Shown here in pieces: positions 17,791 to 27,818 of a stretch of DNA of 63,257 bases. Origin of the DNA: a virus (lineage: Duplodnaviria > Caudoviricetes). The position numbers and the translations under genes are program-made. Location of the stretch: positions 1-63,257 of IMG/VR virus record IMGVR_UViG_3300020129_000255, one strand, 5' to 3'. Position 1 is the first letter of the stretch, and every line of letters starts with the position of its first letter. The notes below the pieces were generated by a model, which saw only the letters and a program-made list of their open reading frames with translations, did no database searches and was not told the DNA's origin.

Positions 17791-18246
17791 ATGGAGGGAC
17801 AGAACGTAATGGATCTGAAACAAGCTGTCATTCGAGTGAACCAAGACCCCGAGCTGCTGGATAAGCTGCGCCGCTTCGAGCGGGGGAAGGGTCTGATGCA
17901 ACGGCTCCGCAAGGATGCCTCCGGGCGCGAATACCTAGAGGCCCAATTCAATGGTGTCCCGTACACCTTCTACCTCGACCAGTCGCGCGTGTTCCCGCTG
18001 GACGTGGCTAAGAGCCTTGTGCGTTCCAGCCAGGTGGCTCTCGACATTGATTGCCCCAACTGTTGGGACCCGAAACAGAAGCATTCCTCTGGGCGCACCG
18101 CCGCAGGCACCTGCCAGGAGTGCAGTGGCAAGAAGAAGAAGTTCGTCGGGGACTTCCTCCCCATCTTCGAGATCGAACGCGAATACGACGCCATGCTCGT
18201 GGACCCGCTAGCTGTGGCTCCTCGGCCTGTCGATGCCGAAGCATAA
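17791..18246 (+). CDS. Hypothetical protein with CxxC..CxxCxG zinc finger
   Basis: CPNC and CQECSG motifs. Confidence 0.7.
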   Translation: MEGQNVMDLKQAVIRVNQDPELLDKLRRFERGKGLMQRLRKDASGREYLEAQFNGVPYTFYLDQSRVFPLDVAKSLVRSSQVALDIDCPNCWDPKQKHSSGRTAAGTCQECSGKKKKFVGDFLPIFEIEREYDAMLVDPLAVAPRPVDAEA

Positions 18247-18848
18247 TGGACCCAAACACATTCGAGCAGGCGCTCCGCAACTCAGACCCTCAGCTCTCTC
18301 TGCGCTGGGGGAGCACCATCCGGTGCTGGATCGTAGAGCGTTCCTGCCAGATTGAGCCTGGCCTCCGCACGACCATCCTCCGCCAGGCTCGTCAGGCGCA
18401 GCGCCTGCTGGGCAATCCAGCGGTACCGCGGCAACGACGGGACATGGCTATGAAGTCGGTGGAGGAAGGCATCTCAGCAGCCTCCGGCCGGCGCATCGTG
18501 GTCTGGACGAACCAGCTCGACAACAGAGTCTTCAACGCCCTGTGGATGGGCGACCTCCAGCGGCACGGGATCGATGCCATCGACCAGAAGCAGCTCGCCA
18601 ACGAAGCCAAGCAATCCGAGGGCTTCCGCAAGGATCTCGCCGAGACCTCGCGTGAGGTGGACAACGTCATCCACTTCGCGGTCAACCGTCAGAGCGCAGC
18701 GCTCCCCCATGGGAAGGCCAACCAGATCGTAGCCAACGTCTTCGGCAAGGAATACCACAAGGGTCAACTCTACTCTCTCCCGACCATTGTGGACCCGACG
18801 GCGCCTAAGCCAAAGAAGAACGCAAAGATCACCGTAGCATCGAGGTAA
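18246..18848 (+). CDS. Hypothetical phage protein
   Basis: Start MDPNTFEQ is TAATG-coupled. DPQLSLRW...WIVER pattern. Confidence 0.7.
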   Translation: MDPNTFEQALRNSDPQLSLRWGSTIRCWIVERSCQIEPGLRTTILRQARQAQRLLGNPAVPRQRRDMAMKSVEEGISAASGRRIVVWTNQLDNRVFNALWMGDLQRHGIDAIDQKQLANEAKQSEGFRKDLAETSREVDNVIHFAVNRQSAALPHGKANQIVANVFGKEYHKGQLYSLPTIVDPTAPKPKKNAKITVASR

Positions 18849-18854
18849 CTAGCT

Positions 18855-19577
18855 TTGAGCACAGTGCTCTCAGGTCAAGACATCCTAGACCGCATCCGCG
18901 TTAGGCTCGGAGGCCTGTCGAACGCCTTCACCGTCGAAGAGCTCCTCAGCTTCGCAGAGGACGGCGTCCAAGAGGTCTGGGCTACGCTGAAGTCTTTCGA
19001 TGCTGAGTACTTCGGCCAGTTCTCGCAAGACAGCGATTCGGCCACAGAGGACACCTACTTCGCAGACCTGCTGCCGTCGAAGCGCGAGTACGACCTTCCG
19101 CCCTCGTGCCGTGAGATCCGCGCCATTGAGTGCCTGACGACTAGCTTCGAGAGCTGCATCTTCGAGTACCGCCGCGGAGACGATCCCGTCTTCCAGAGCG
19201 CTCGCCGCGACGCCACCGCCTCCGGCAGCACAGCCAGCGCCAACGCAGGCTCCTCTCTCGGCAGCTACTACTACACCGTCTTCGGCAATCAGCTGGTGCT
19301 AGCGCAATATCCCGAATCCACGCTGAACGTTCGCATCTGGTTCATTCAGAACATCAATCTCCTCTCAGTCGAGACCGAACTCGACACCGTCCTCTACCCA
19401 TTCGCTGGGAAGATCGTAGATTACGCAGTCCAGAAGGCCATGGCCTCCACGCGCGACGTGCAGCTCACCGTGCAGTGGATCGCCCAGTGGAAGATGAGCG
19501 TGCAGACGCTCGGAGAGGCCAGCGTTCCGCGCAGCAGCGGCAACCCAATCTTCATCGTTGACTACCAGGGCGGGTAA
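18855..19577 (+). CDS. Head-tail adaptor protein
   Basis: ILDRIRVRLG, EYDLP and IVDYA pattern, positioned before the nozzle gene. Confidence 0.75.
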   Translation: MSTVLSGQDILDRIRVRLGGLSNAFTVEELLSFAEDGVQEVWATLKSFDAEYFGQFSQDSDSATEDTYFADLLPSKREYDLPPSCREIRAIECLTTSFESCIFEYRRGDDPVFQSARRDATASGSTASANAGSSLGSYYYTVFGNQLVLAQYPESTLNVRIWFIQNINLLSVETELDTVLYPFAGKIVDYAVQKAMASTRDVQLTVQWIAQWKMSVQTLGEASVPRSSGNPIFIVDYQGG

Positions 19578-19579
19578 CC

Positions 19580-21751
19580 GTGTCCCAGCCCGTCAACCTC
19601 AGCAAGTACAATCTCGTCACTGGCGAAAATACCTTTGCCTCTCCGGCGAGCACTGATCCCGCCGACGCTCGCAGACTGCAGTCGCTCATTCCCTCAGTGA
19701 ACGGTGAGATGGGCCGCGAGACTCCACCCATCCAACTCGGTGCCCTGACGCTCACCGACCCCACCCGTCAGGTCCGCGTCTTCCATGAGTTTCGTCATCA
19801 CGACGGCTTCGGCGCCTTCACCACACATTTTTTCGCAGCCTCGAACGATTCCCTGTACCGCACCACCAGTATCTTCCCTACGGCCACGTGGACGAAGGTC
19901 CTGACGCTCACTGACTATCCCGTCCTCGTCAACATCGACAACACTCTGCACATCAGCGACGGTACGAGCAGTTGGATCTTCGACGGCACCTCGATCGTCC
20001 AAGAGGGCCTGCAAATTCCTCCAAATGCTCCTACTATCTCCGTGACCGCAGGTACGGGCTCGTCACTCATCCTCTCGAACAGGTACTACCGCTGCACCTA
20101 CGTGGATGACACTGCCACGCGCAACACTCACGAGTCCTCTGGTACCGGCATCTCCGCGGGAACCGGCGCAGTCAACGTCACTGGTGGTCAGATCATCGTC
20201 TACCAGGAGCCCGGCACCATCACCACAGTGAGCGGCAGCCCAGCCATCGTAGGCTCTGGCACTAGCTTCTCCTCGCGCCACGTCGGGATGAAGCTCCGCA
20301 CCGCGGCAGTCACAGGCGTCATCCTGACCGTGACCGACGCCACGCATCTCACACTCGATACGAACGCTGGCTCAAACACTGCTGCGCAGCACTTCACCAT
20401 CGCTCCACAACGCGCCACGAAGTGGAACATCTACGGCTCAGGGAGCGAAGAGGACAAGCTCTGCTTCTTCCTCGCGCAGGTCGATCTCGGCACGTTCAGC
20501 TACACCGATACCTCACCGATGATCGGTACCTCAGGCTCCATCTTCGCCAACATCAACACTCCGCTCCGTAACGATCCCCCGAATGCCACGCGCGTCGAGG
20601 ATGTCTTCCAACGCCGCATCTGGCGCCGGAACGAGCAGTTCCCCACCTTCTTCACGAACTCAGCCTACGAGGAGGTGCTGTCGCAACAGGCTGGTTACCC
20701 GTACGAATGCGTTCCCGGCATCGACGACAACACAGCCTCTCCTGACGTCATCGACGAGAACAGCTATCCCGATCAGTCTGCTGAGATCACTTGCATACGC
20801 GCTCACGGCGACGCCCTCTTCATCGGCACTGAGAAGAACGTCATTCCTCTCTACGGGCAGTCCCTCGCGGACTTCTCCCTCAGCAACGTCAACGCCTTCT
20901 CCCTGGGCATGGCCGGCAGACGCCTCTCCATCTCCACACCCTTCGGGCTCGTCTTCTTCACCTACGACAAGAAGCTCTACCTCTACCCAACGCAGATCAG
21001 TCAGTTCGCCACTGCGTACGGCGGTGAGCAGACCACATCTCTCATCGAGCTCGGCAGACCGAAGCGCGACGAGTTCGAGCAGGTGGACGGCAACGACTTC
21101 CAGACTGCCTCCCTTGTCTTCTACAACTACGGCCGACGGAACTGGCTCGTCTTCAGTTATCGCCGCAAGGACCAAACGTACGTTACCTGGGTCTTCGACT
21201 TCGAGGCCAAGGGCTGGTTCCAGCTCCAGCAAGGCTACCTCGGCATCGGAGTCTTTGAGGTCACAAAGGGCGAGCGCGTCCTCGTCGGAGCCACGGCGAA
21301 CGATGGCAACGGTCACAGCTCAATCGTAGTCATCGACGACCTCACGGGCACGTATACGCTGCCGAATGCGAACTACCCCGTCGGGACGTACCGCCAGTAC
21401 ACAGACTTCGGGAAGCCTGGCTCCTACTTCCTGCTGAAGGGCGTGCAGTACGAAGTCAGTGACCCCACGATGGTCGTGAACGTAGCCATCTGGCTCGATC
21501 CCTCTAACCCGGATAATCCTGGTGATCCAACCATCCCGAGCCTTAACATGACGCGGAAGACGATCGGTGCGAAGACTCAGTCCGGCGCTGAGATCCCGAG
21601 CAACCGCTTCCACGGCACCGTGAGCAGCGACACCGGCGGCACCTGCCAGCGTGTCCTCGTGGAGTTCATGGTCGGAGCCAGCATGGTGAACGGCACGCTC
21701 CGTGGCATCAAGATTGACGCAGACGAGCTGGAGGCAGATCCAGTCCTATGA
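19580..21751 (+). CDS. Tail nozzle/DNA stabilisation protein (P22 gp10-like)
   Basis: 723-aa beta-rich protein after the adaptor, with propeller-like segments (TWVFDFEAKGW, TDFGKP). Confidence 0.75.
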   Translation: MSQPVNLSKYNLVTGENTFASPASTDPADARRLQSLIPSVNGEMGRETPPIQLGALTLTDPTRQVRVFHEFRHHDGFGAFTTHFFAASNDSLYRTTSIFPTATWTKVLTLTDYPVLVNIDNTLHISDGTSSWIFDGTSIVQEGLQIPPNAPTISVTAGTGSSLILSNRYYRCTYVDDTATRNTHESSGTGISAGTGAVNVTGGQIIVYQEPGTITTVSGSPAIVGSGTSFSSRHVGMKLRTAAVTGVILTVTDATHLTLDTNAGSNTAAQHFTIAPQRATKWNIYGSGSEEDKLCFFLAQVDLGTFSYTDTSPMIGTSGSIFANINTPLRNDPPNATRVEDVFQRRIWRRNEQFPTFFTNSAYEEVLSQQAGYPYECVPGIDDNTASPDVIDENSYPDQSAEITCIRAHGDALFIGTEKNVIPLYGQSLADFSLSNVNAFSLGMAGRRLSISTPFGLVFFTYDKKLYLYPTQISQFATAYGGEQTTSLIELGRPKRDEFEQVDGNDFQTASLVFYNYGRRNWLVFSYRRKDQTYVTWVFDFEAKGWFQLQQGYLGIGVFEVTKGERVLVGATANDGNGHSSIVVIDDLTGTYTLPNANYPVGTYRQYTDFGKPGSYFLLKGVQYEVSDPTMVVNVAIWLDPSNPDNPGDPTIPSLNMTRKTIGAKTQSGAEIPSNRFHGTVSSDTGGTCQRVLVEFMVGASMVNGTLRGIKIDADELEADPVL

Positions 21752-22236
21752 CGACACTCCCAACCATCACCGGCCCGGGGAACCTCTACTCAAATCTGAA
21801 GCTCTGGCAACAGACCATTAATCCTGTAGTCAACGCCCCGCGGCCACCACGCTCCCCGTTCAACTTTTCAGCGAAGTCCGTCGCGGCCACGACCGGCATC
21901 CTGCTCAGTTGGGAACTGGTGAAGGGCGCTGACGGCTACAAGATCTACTTCTCCGACAACGGAGACTTCAGCTCGCACTCGCAACTCCTCATTCAGATCA
22001 CGAACGTCGCCCAGACGAACTACTTCGACAACATCGGCGTCACAGGGCAGAAGCGTTGGTATCGCATCAGCGCCACCACGGGGACCGCCAACGCCCCGCA
22101 GAGCGTCGAGGGCACTCAGTCCGCTCCAATCTCAAACAGCACTGGCTCAGGCACCACGTCCCAAGACAACACCAGTCACACCAGTGGCTCCGGTGGCTGG
22201 AACAAGACGCGCGTCGGGCAGGATGTGGGCTTCTAA
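21748..22236 (+). CDS. Fibronectin type III-like virion protein
   Basis: P..F...ILLSW...ADGYKIY...YFD...WYRISA pattern. Confidence 0.75.
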   Translation: MTTLPTITGPGNLYSNLKLWQQTINPVVNAPRPPRSPFNFSAKSVAATTGILLSWELVKGADGYKIYFSDNGDFSSHSQLLIQITNVAQTNYFDNIGVTGQKRWYRISATTGTANAPQSVEGTQSAPISNSTGSGTTSQDNTSHTSGSGGWNKTRVGQDVGF

Positions 22237-22239
22237 CGT

Positions 22240-22728
22240 ATGTTCGATAACCAGGTACGCACGCCAAACGCAGATGACATCGAGCAAGTGGAGAAGTGGA
22301 GACGCCTCTTCCGCGAGGCCGACCTAGAGGTCCCGAACGGCTACTCTGGGGACGGCGTGGCCACCGCAGTCTCAGTCACGCCAGATGGCGCCCTGACGGG
22401 CGCGCTGACGGGGACGATGGTGCTGGCAGTCTCGCTCGACCCGTTCGTCAAGAATCCTGAGGCCCCTTCGGGCGACGTGCTCGCAGCCCTCTTCGCCCTG
22501 ACGAATGCCCTAGAGTACCAAGCCAGCCTCTGCGGCGCAGTCGATGCCTACATAGCCATCCCGAACCTGCTCCCGCAGTACCAGCAGTTCGTGGAAAAGA
22601 AATGCGGCTTCGAGCAGACCGCCCAGGCGTGCCGGATTTACCGCAGATGCATCGCGCGCAGCTCCGTTCCTTCCCCGGTGGGGTTTTCCCCTGCGGAGCA
22701 GGGTGGCGAGAGCGTATCCGCGACCTGA
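22240..22728 (+). CDS. GNAT-fold-like virion assembly protein
   Basis: VR...DDIEQV start and KKCGF end, positioned before the ejection genes. Confidence 0.45.
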   Translation: MFDNQVRTPNADDIEQVEKWRRLFREADLEVPNGYSGDGVATAVSVTPDGALTGALTGTMVLAVSLDPFVKNPEAPSGDVLAALFALTNALEYQASLCGAVDAYIAIPNLLPQYQQFVEKKCGFEQTAQACRIYRRCIARSSVPSPVGFSPAEQGGESVSAT

Positions 22729-22755
22729 CGAAGCCAGTTACAATAGAGGTGACGG

Positions 22756-22962
22756 ATGTACCTCACACCGTTCGTCGATGCCACGAACCTCAATCGATGC
22801 CAGGTCTTCCTAGACCTGACCATGGTCCGCGCAGTGCAGAGCTACGACGCCGGGCCGAAGCCGACGACACTCATCTTCCAGCAGGACTCCGACCTCCCTT
22901 TCCAAGTCGAGGAGAGTGCGGATGAGGTAGTTGCACGAATCCACGAGGCCAAGCAAAAGTGA
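22756..22962 (+). CDS. Small hypothetical protein
   Basis: GAGGTG RBS. Ends VEESADEVVARI. Confidence 0.65.
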   Translation: MYLTPFVDATNLNRCQVFLDLTMVRAVQSYDAGPKPTTLIFQQDSDLPFQVEESADEVVARIHEAKQK

Positions 22963-23492
22963 ATTGGGCATACATTGCAGGGTTCTTCGACGGTGAAGGA
23001 AGTCTCTATAAGAACGGGACGAAGTGTCCTGATGGAGCAATTTCTTATACCATTAACATTCCTCAAGCTCAGTCACGTAAAATTATTCTTGAAAAAATCA
23101 AGGATTTCATCGAAGAGCGTGGTGTGAAGTGTGCGATTCATGCGCGGTATCGTGGTATTCCTCGAACACCGAATCACGAAATTATGTGGAACTTGCGAGT
23201 GAGTGCGCGTGAAAGCGTAAAGATTGTTATCGAAGGAATGCTGCCGTATCTTGTTGCGAAAAAGTTGTTTGCGCAAGATGTATGGCGTTTCTACCGTATA
23301 TACCCAACACTTCGTGGTCGAGCTCGTTTTATTGGAAACGTAGCTAAAAAATTAGATGGACCAAAAGTACGAGAGATACGTTCTCGCTTAGCTAGTGGTG
23401 AACGTGTCGGTGACGTTGCAAAACAGTTTGGTGTGACACACACGACAATCTGCGGCATTAAAGACGAACGTCTTTACGGATGGATACAATGA
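22959..23492 (+). CDS. LAGLIDADG homing endonuclease with C-terminal HTH
   Basis: WAYIAGFFDGEGS motif, C-terminal VAKQFGVTHTTI HTH, and visibly AT-richer DNA. Confidence 0.9.
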   Translation: MNWAYIAGFFDGEGSLYKNGTKCPDGAISYTINIPQAQSRKIILEKIKDFIEERGVKCAIHARYRGIPRTPNHEIMWNLRVSARESVKIVIEGMLPYLVAKKLFAQDVWRFYRIYPTLRGRARFIGNVAKKLDGPKVREIRSRLASGERVGDVAKQFGVTHTTICGIKDERLYGWIQ

Positions 23493-24208
23493 AACGGGTG
23501 ACAACGAAAGCTGTCTACGACATCGAGACAATGGAATTGCTGTCGTGGGAAGGCTATTGGGTGGACGAACAAGTCGTATGTTTTGAGCAACTTAAAAAAG
23601 GGCGTGAAACGGCCCAAAAGGAAACCCAGCTCCAAATGCAGCAGCAGCAGCAACAATCTGCTCAGCAGAAGGCCGAGCAGCAGGCCGCCGATCAGATCAT
23701 CGCGCAGGACACCGCAGCTGGGAAGCCTGGCACACTCAGCCCCGCGGCTGCTGCGCAGTTCGCCTCCGACACCGACAACATCAATCGCGCCTACAACGGC
23801 ATGCGCCGAACGGCCTTTGCCGGCATGGGTGCCCGCGGCTTCGGCTCGGCTCCGTCAGGCTTCGCACGCACCGCGGAGAATGGCATCGACCTCGGTCAGC
23901 AACAGGCTCAGACCGGAGCTTTCCGCAATGCCCAAGTTAACACACAGGCCCTGAACGACAGAGCTCTCGCTGCACGCGAGGGCCTCTCCGGGCAGAACCT
24001 CGCAGGTGAGAGCGCTGCTGCGAACACCACCCTCACTGGTGCCGTGGACCAGAGCCACATGGGCAGCACGCTCGGCGACATCGGGCAAGGCATTGGCCTC
24101 GCGGCCAGCCTCGTCAACCCCGTGGCTGGTGCGGTGACCGGCATCGGCAAGGCCTTCGGTAAGCTCGGCACCTACGGCAGTACGCCTCCAGTCTGGGGAG
24201 GTAGCTGA
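23489..24208 (+). CDS. DNA ejection/internal virion protein (small)
   Basis: Leader-like N-terminus, Gln/Ala-rich body and Gly-rich hydrophobic C-terminus. Confidence 0.65.
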   Translation: MKRVTTKAVYDIETMELLSWEGYWVDEQVVCFEQLKKGRETAQKETQLQMQQQQQQSAQQKAEQQAADQIIAQDTAAGKPGTLSPAAAAQFASDTDNINRAYNGMRRTAFAGMGARGFGSAPSGFARTAENGIDLGQQQAQTGAFRNAQVNTQALNDRALAAREGLSGQNLAGESAAANTTLTGAVDQSHMGSTLGDIGQGIGLAASLVNPVAGAVTGIGKAFGKLGTYGSTPPVWGGS

Positions 24209-25635
24209 TGGGTCTCTCTGATTTTCTTAGCAAACTGAGTAAGGGCATCCAAGCCGTTGCTCCCAATCTCCAGCAGGTTGGGGAGAACATCGTCTCAGCC
24301 GCAGGCTCGCCTCAGCAGCAGCAATCCCTTGAGCAGAACCGTGAGCTTGCCCTCCGCAAGCAACAGTTGGGAATGCAACAACAGCTCCAGCAGGCTCAGA
24401 TCCAGAATGAGAATCTGCGTACCGCGCTCGGCCAGAAGCAGCTTGAGAACTATCAGACCCCGCAGCAGGCCAGTGACCTAGAGCTTTCGCGTCAGCGTGC
24501 TCTGCTTGAGTCACAACGCGAGACCGCTCCTCCGACCGATGTCGTGGCTCCGCTAGAGGGCGGTGGTTACGGTCATTACACTCGCGCATTCGATAAGAAA
24601 ACGGGTACGTACCAGACGACGCCAACGATGATCGACCAGGAGCGTGCGAATCCCGCAGCTGCGCCCGGAGCAGTAGCTCCCCCGTCTGTGATCGGCAACC
24701 TCGTTCCCCCGTCTCCGACGGTCCACACGCGCCAGCAGCTCGCGGCGACGCCTCCGAACGCTATCCTGCAGGGAGCGATGCCAGTCCCCTTCGGGCCTCC
24801 AGTGTGGGATGAGGCCACTGGGCAGTACGTGCAGAACTTTCGTCCGAAGAATGGCACCAGTGCGTTGCCTCCGACGTCTCTTAGCGGCACTCCGATCTCA
24901 GCTCTTCCGTCTACGACGACGAAACCGTCCATCCAGAAGGATCAGAACAATAACCTTGTTTCTATCCCGACCACGACTGTCACTAGGAAAGGTGCGGGCG
25001 GGCCTACGGCCGCCAATCAAGGCCGTGCTACGCTCGGCAGTGGCACAGGCGCTGCTCAGCCGGTCCTAGACAGTCAGGGCAATCAGCTCCATGCCCCGCT
25101 CGGTGCCGATGCGAAGAAGAACATTCGGCAGATCGGCAGCACTGAGGCTGTGATGAACACTCTCGTTCCCGAGATCGATGCGCGAATCGCGCAGCTCGGT
25201 GGCGACGCCAATGGCCTCTGGGACATGGCTCAGCAGCGCGCAGCCTGGGCTGAGTACCAGGCTGGGAAATCTCCAACGAACATCGACCCGACGCTGGCCA
25301 AGATCCTTCCGACCGTGGCTCAGTTACAGATCATTGGCGGCCTCCCGTACATGCAGGGCACGCGCTCCTACCAGTACCTCCAGCAGATTCAGCAACATTT
25401 ACCGAATCCTGAGAAGGACACTCCAGAACAGATGGCGAATAAGCTCCATACCGTCGCCACGACGTTGCCTCTGTTGAGGCAGGCCACACTCGACGCTGAG
25501 GGCGTTGGGACAGGCGTGCAGGGTAAGGGAGGTCCTCCGCCGCTGCCTGGTAGCGCACCGAAGATCGGTCAAGTTAAGAAGTTCCCCAACGGGAAGACTG
25601 GTGTGTGGGATGGCACCGGCTACGTGGCCCAATAA
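24208..25635 (+). CDS. DNA ejection/internal virion protein
   Basis: Gln-rich coiled N-terminus and C-terminal GKTGVWDGTGY module. Position fits. Confidence 0.65.
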   Translation: MGLSDFLSKLSKGIQAVAPNLQQVGENIVSAAGSPQQQQSLEQNRELALRKQQLGMQQQLQQAQIQNENLRTALGQKQLENYQTPQQASDLELSRQRALLESQRETAPPTDVVAPLEGGGYGHYTRAFDKKTGTYQTTPTMIDQERANPAAAPGAVAPPSVIGNLVPPSPTVHTRQQLAATPPNAILQGAMPVPFGPPVWDEATGQYVQNFRPKNGTSALPPTSLSGTPISALPSTTTKPSIQKDQNNNLVSIPTTTVTRKGAGGPTAANQGRATLGSGTGAAQPVLDSQGNQLHAPLGADAKKNIRQIGSTEAVMNTLVPEIDARIAQLGGDANGLWDMAQQRAAWAEYQAGKSPTNIDPTLAKILPTVAQLQIIGGLPYMQGTRSYQYLQQIQQHLPNPEKDTPEQMANKLHTVATTLPLLRQATLDAEGVGTGVQGKGGPPPLPGSAPKIGQVKKFPNGKTGVWDGTGYVAQ

Positions 25636-27818
25636 TGCCTGACAAGGTCTATCTCGACGACAATGGGAATCCTAAGCCGCCGGCTGGTGCTGGTGCAAAA
25701 GTTTACCTCGACGACAACGGGAACCCGATTGGTGGTGGCTCGCAGCAACCCCAGTCCCAGATTGGTCAGTTTCAAACTCACCCAGGCAGCCCTACGTACA
25801 ACGCCCGTACGGGTAACCTTCCCGAAGACAGCGACCTCCCTGCCCCGGACTCTGCGAAGGGCATTGCGCGTCAGCTCATCATGCCGTTGGCGGTCGGCGA
25901 CAAGCTCCGCGCAGGGGCACGCTCGCTGGAAGCCCAGAACGACATCTCTCGGCGGGCGGCGCTGCGCGCCGGGCAACCGGGGACGAATGGAGGGCTTGAC
26001 GCTCTCCGCGGCTCAGCAGCCGATGCGCTCCGTATGGGCAGCGATGCGCTCTCCCCGAAGGGCATTGCCCTCACCGGGGCAACGGTGGCCGCACCGGAGG
26101 TCGTGCTCCCCCTGATGGGAGCCTACGGTGCCAGTCAGGCTGCTGGCGGCGCAGCAGACATCGCTCAGCACGGGGCGAATCCGCAAAACACACGCGAGGC
26201 CCTGACCGGGGCAGCCACGCTTGCTGGCTCCGGGGCGGGAGCGCTCACGCCCGGCGTAGGTGCTGCTGGGCGACAGAAGATCTCCGACTTCAACACGTTG
26301 CGCTCGAATCTGGCTCAGAAGGTCGTCCAACCGCTGGTCTATGAGGGCCTGGGTGAGGCCGGAGCCGATGCGCGCATGGGGGTGAACCCTGAGGCAGCCA
26401 TCACGAACGAAGGTCTTGTCGGGACGAAACGGGGCCTGCTCGGGAAGACTCAGGACCGAACAGCGCAGCTCAAATCGGCCGCAGACAACATCCTGCAGAC
26501 GCATCCCAATGCCTCGCAAACGATCGACGCGGCTCCGATCATCGACCAAGAGATCGACCGGGCCATCGCGGGACAGCAGAGACTCGCAGGAAGTACCGAA
26601 CGCCTAGAGAACTTGCGCACTGCGCTGAAGTCTCAGTACGGGAACACGTCCGGCACGCCGTTCGAGATGAACAATTTGAAGACTGAGATCCAGCAGGCGG
26701 CGCAGAACCTCGGCGCTTACCGGAACTCGCAGCCGATCGAGTCGAGCGTCGCGGACGCCATGGGCAACGTGGCTCGTGGGCTGAAGAATCAGGTCAACGC
26801 AGCCATTCCCGAGGTGCCCGGCGTTACTCCTGGCATCGCAGATCTCAATGAGCGCATGTCTAACCTGATCGATGCTCAGGGTGGGCTGCAGCGCAACATC
26901 GTCGCGGACAAGGGAAGGTCGGTCTTCGGTGGCGGCCTGCACGGAGCGACCTCGACGCTGCTGAATCGTACCCTTGGCTCGGCGCCAGTGCGCTCAGGGC
27001 TCGCCCGGGTGCTGAATCTCGGCCTCACAGAGGACGTACCGCCCCCGCAGGCCATGACTCCCCCTCCAATCGTGCCCTCGCCAGCTCTCCTGCGTGGACC
27101 TGGAGGTCCTCCGCCCTCAGTTCCGCCTCAATTTCGCGTCCAAGCAGCTGGAACCACACAGAATCCGTCAGTTTTGACGCAAAACAGGTCGGTCCTGGGT
27201 CAACAGGGCATCCGCGGCCTCCTGCCGGCGCCGCCGAGCACCGTACCGCCTCCCGTGCCGCCTGAGTTCGCCTCGGAGGCCACCGGAACCGTCCAGCCCC
27301 CAGCCCTACACGTCACTGGAGGCCAGACTCAGCCCGTCCCCATGGGTCCCCGTCGTCCTCCCGCCCCGCAGGGGCGCCCGGCTCTATCCGGCCCGACGTC
27401 GAGTGTGCCATCATCAGTCGAGGGGACGCCTCCTCCTTCGGGCATCTCGCCCCAGCCGTCCGGTACGGCACTTCAGAGCGTCAGCGCGTCCCCAAATCCT
27501 CCATCGCAAGCGATGCCGCCTCCGGCTCCCGTCAATCCGCAGGAGGCCGCAGATCTCAGTCAGCAACTCGGCCGTCAGATCAGTCCAAACGAAGTTCCGG
27601 GCATCCTTCGTAGGCTCGCCGTAGAGCGCAATGTGAACCAGCGTCTCGCGCCGCCGGTTACGGTAAAGACTGACAGCATGGGTATCCGTTGGGCTGAGTC
27701 ACCCGAAGGGTATCGTGTGAGCATCCCTCGCGGCGTTCCTGACTCGGACATTCCTGTCTACGCACAGCAGAAGCTCGCAGAGCAACAACGTATTCATAGA
27801 GGTCTTCTCGCACAATGA
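25635..27818 (+). CDS. DNA ejection/internal virion protein (large)
   Basis: Ala/Gly-rich helical protein with duplicated KVYLDDNGNP and a Pro-rich tail. Confidence 0.65.
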   Translation: MPDKVYLDDNGNPKPPAGAGAKVYLDDNGNPIGGGSQQPQSQIGQFQTHPGSPTYNARTGNLPEDSDLPAPDSAKGIARQLIMPLAVGDKLRAGARSLEAQNDISRRAALRAGQPGTNGGLDALRGSAADALRMGSDALSPKGIALTGATVAAPEVVLPLMGAYGASQAAGGAADIAQHGANPQNTREALTGAATLAGSGAGALTPGVGAAGRQKISDFNTLRSNLAQKVVQPLVYEGLGEAGADARMGVNPEAAITNEGLVGTKRGLLGKTQDRTAQLKSAADNILQTHPNASQTIDAAPIIDQEIDRAIAGQQRLAGSTERLENLRTALKSQYGNTSGTPFEMNNLKTEIQQAAQNLGAYRNSQPIESSVADAMGNVARGLKNQVNAAIPEVPGVTPGIADLNERMSNLIDAQGGLQRNIVADKGRSVFGGGLHGATSTLLNRTLGSAPVRSGLARVLNLGLTEDVPPPQAMTPPPIVPSPALLRGPGGPPPSVPPQFRVQAAGTTQNPSVLTQNRSVLGQQGIRGLLPAPPSTVPPPVPPEFASEATGTVQPPALHVTGGQTQPVPMGPRRPPAPQGRPALSGPTSSVPSSVEGTPPPSGISPQPSGTALQSVSASPNPPSQAMPPPAPVNPQEAADLSQQLGRQISPNEVPGILRRLAVERNVNQRLAPPVTVKTDSMGIRWAESPEGYRVSIPRGVPDSDIPVYAQQKLAEQQRIHRGLLAQ

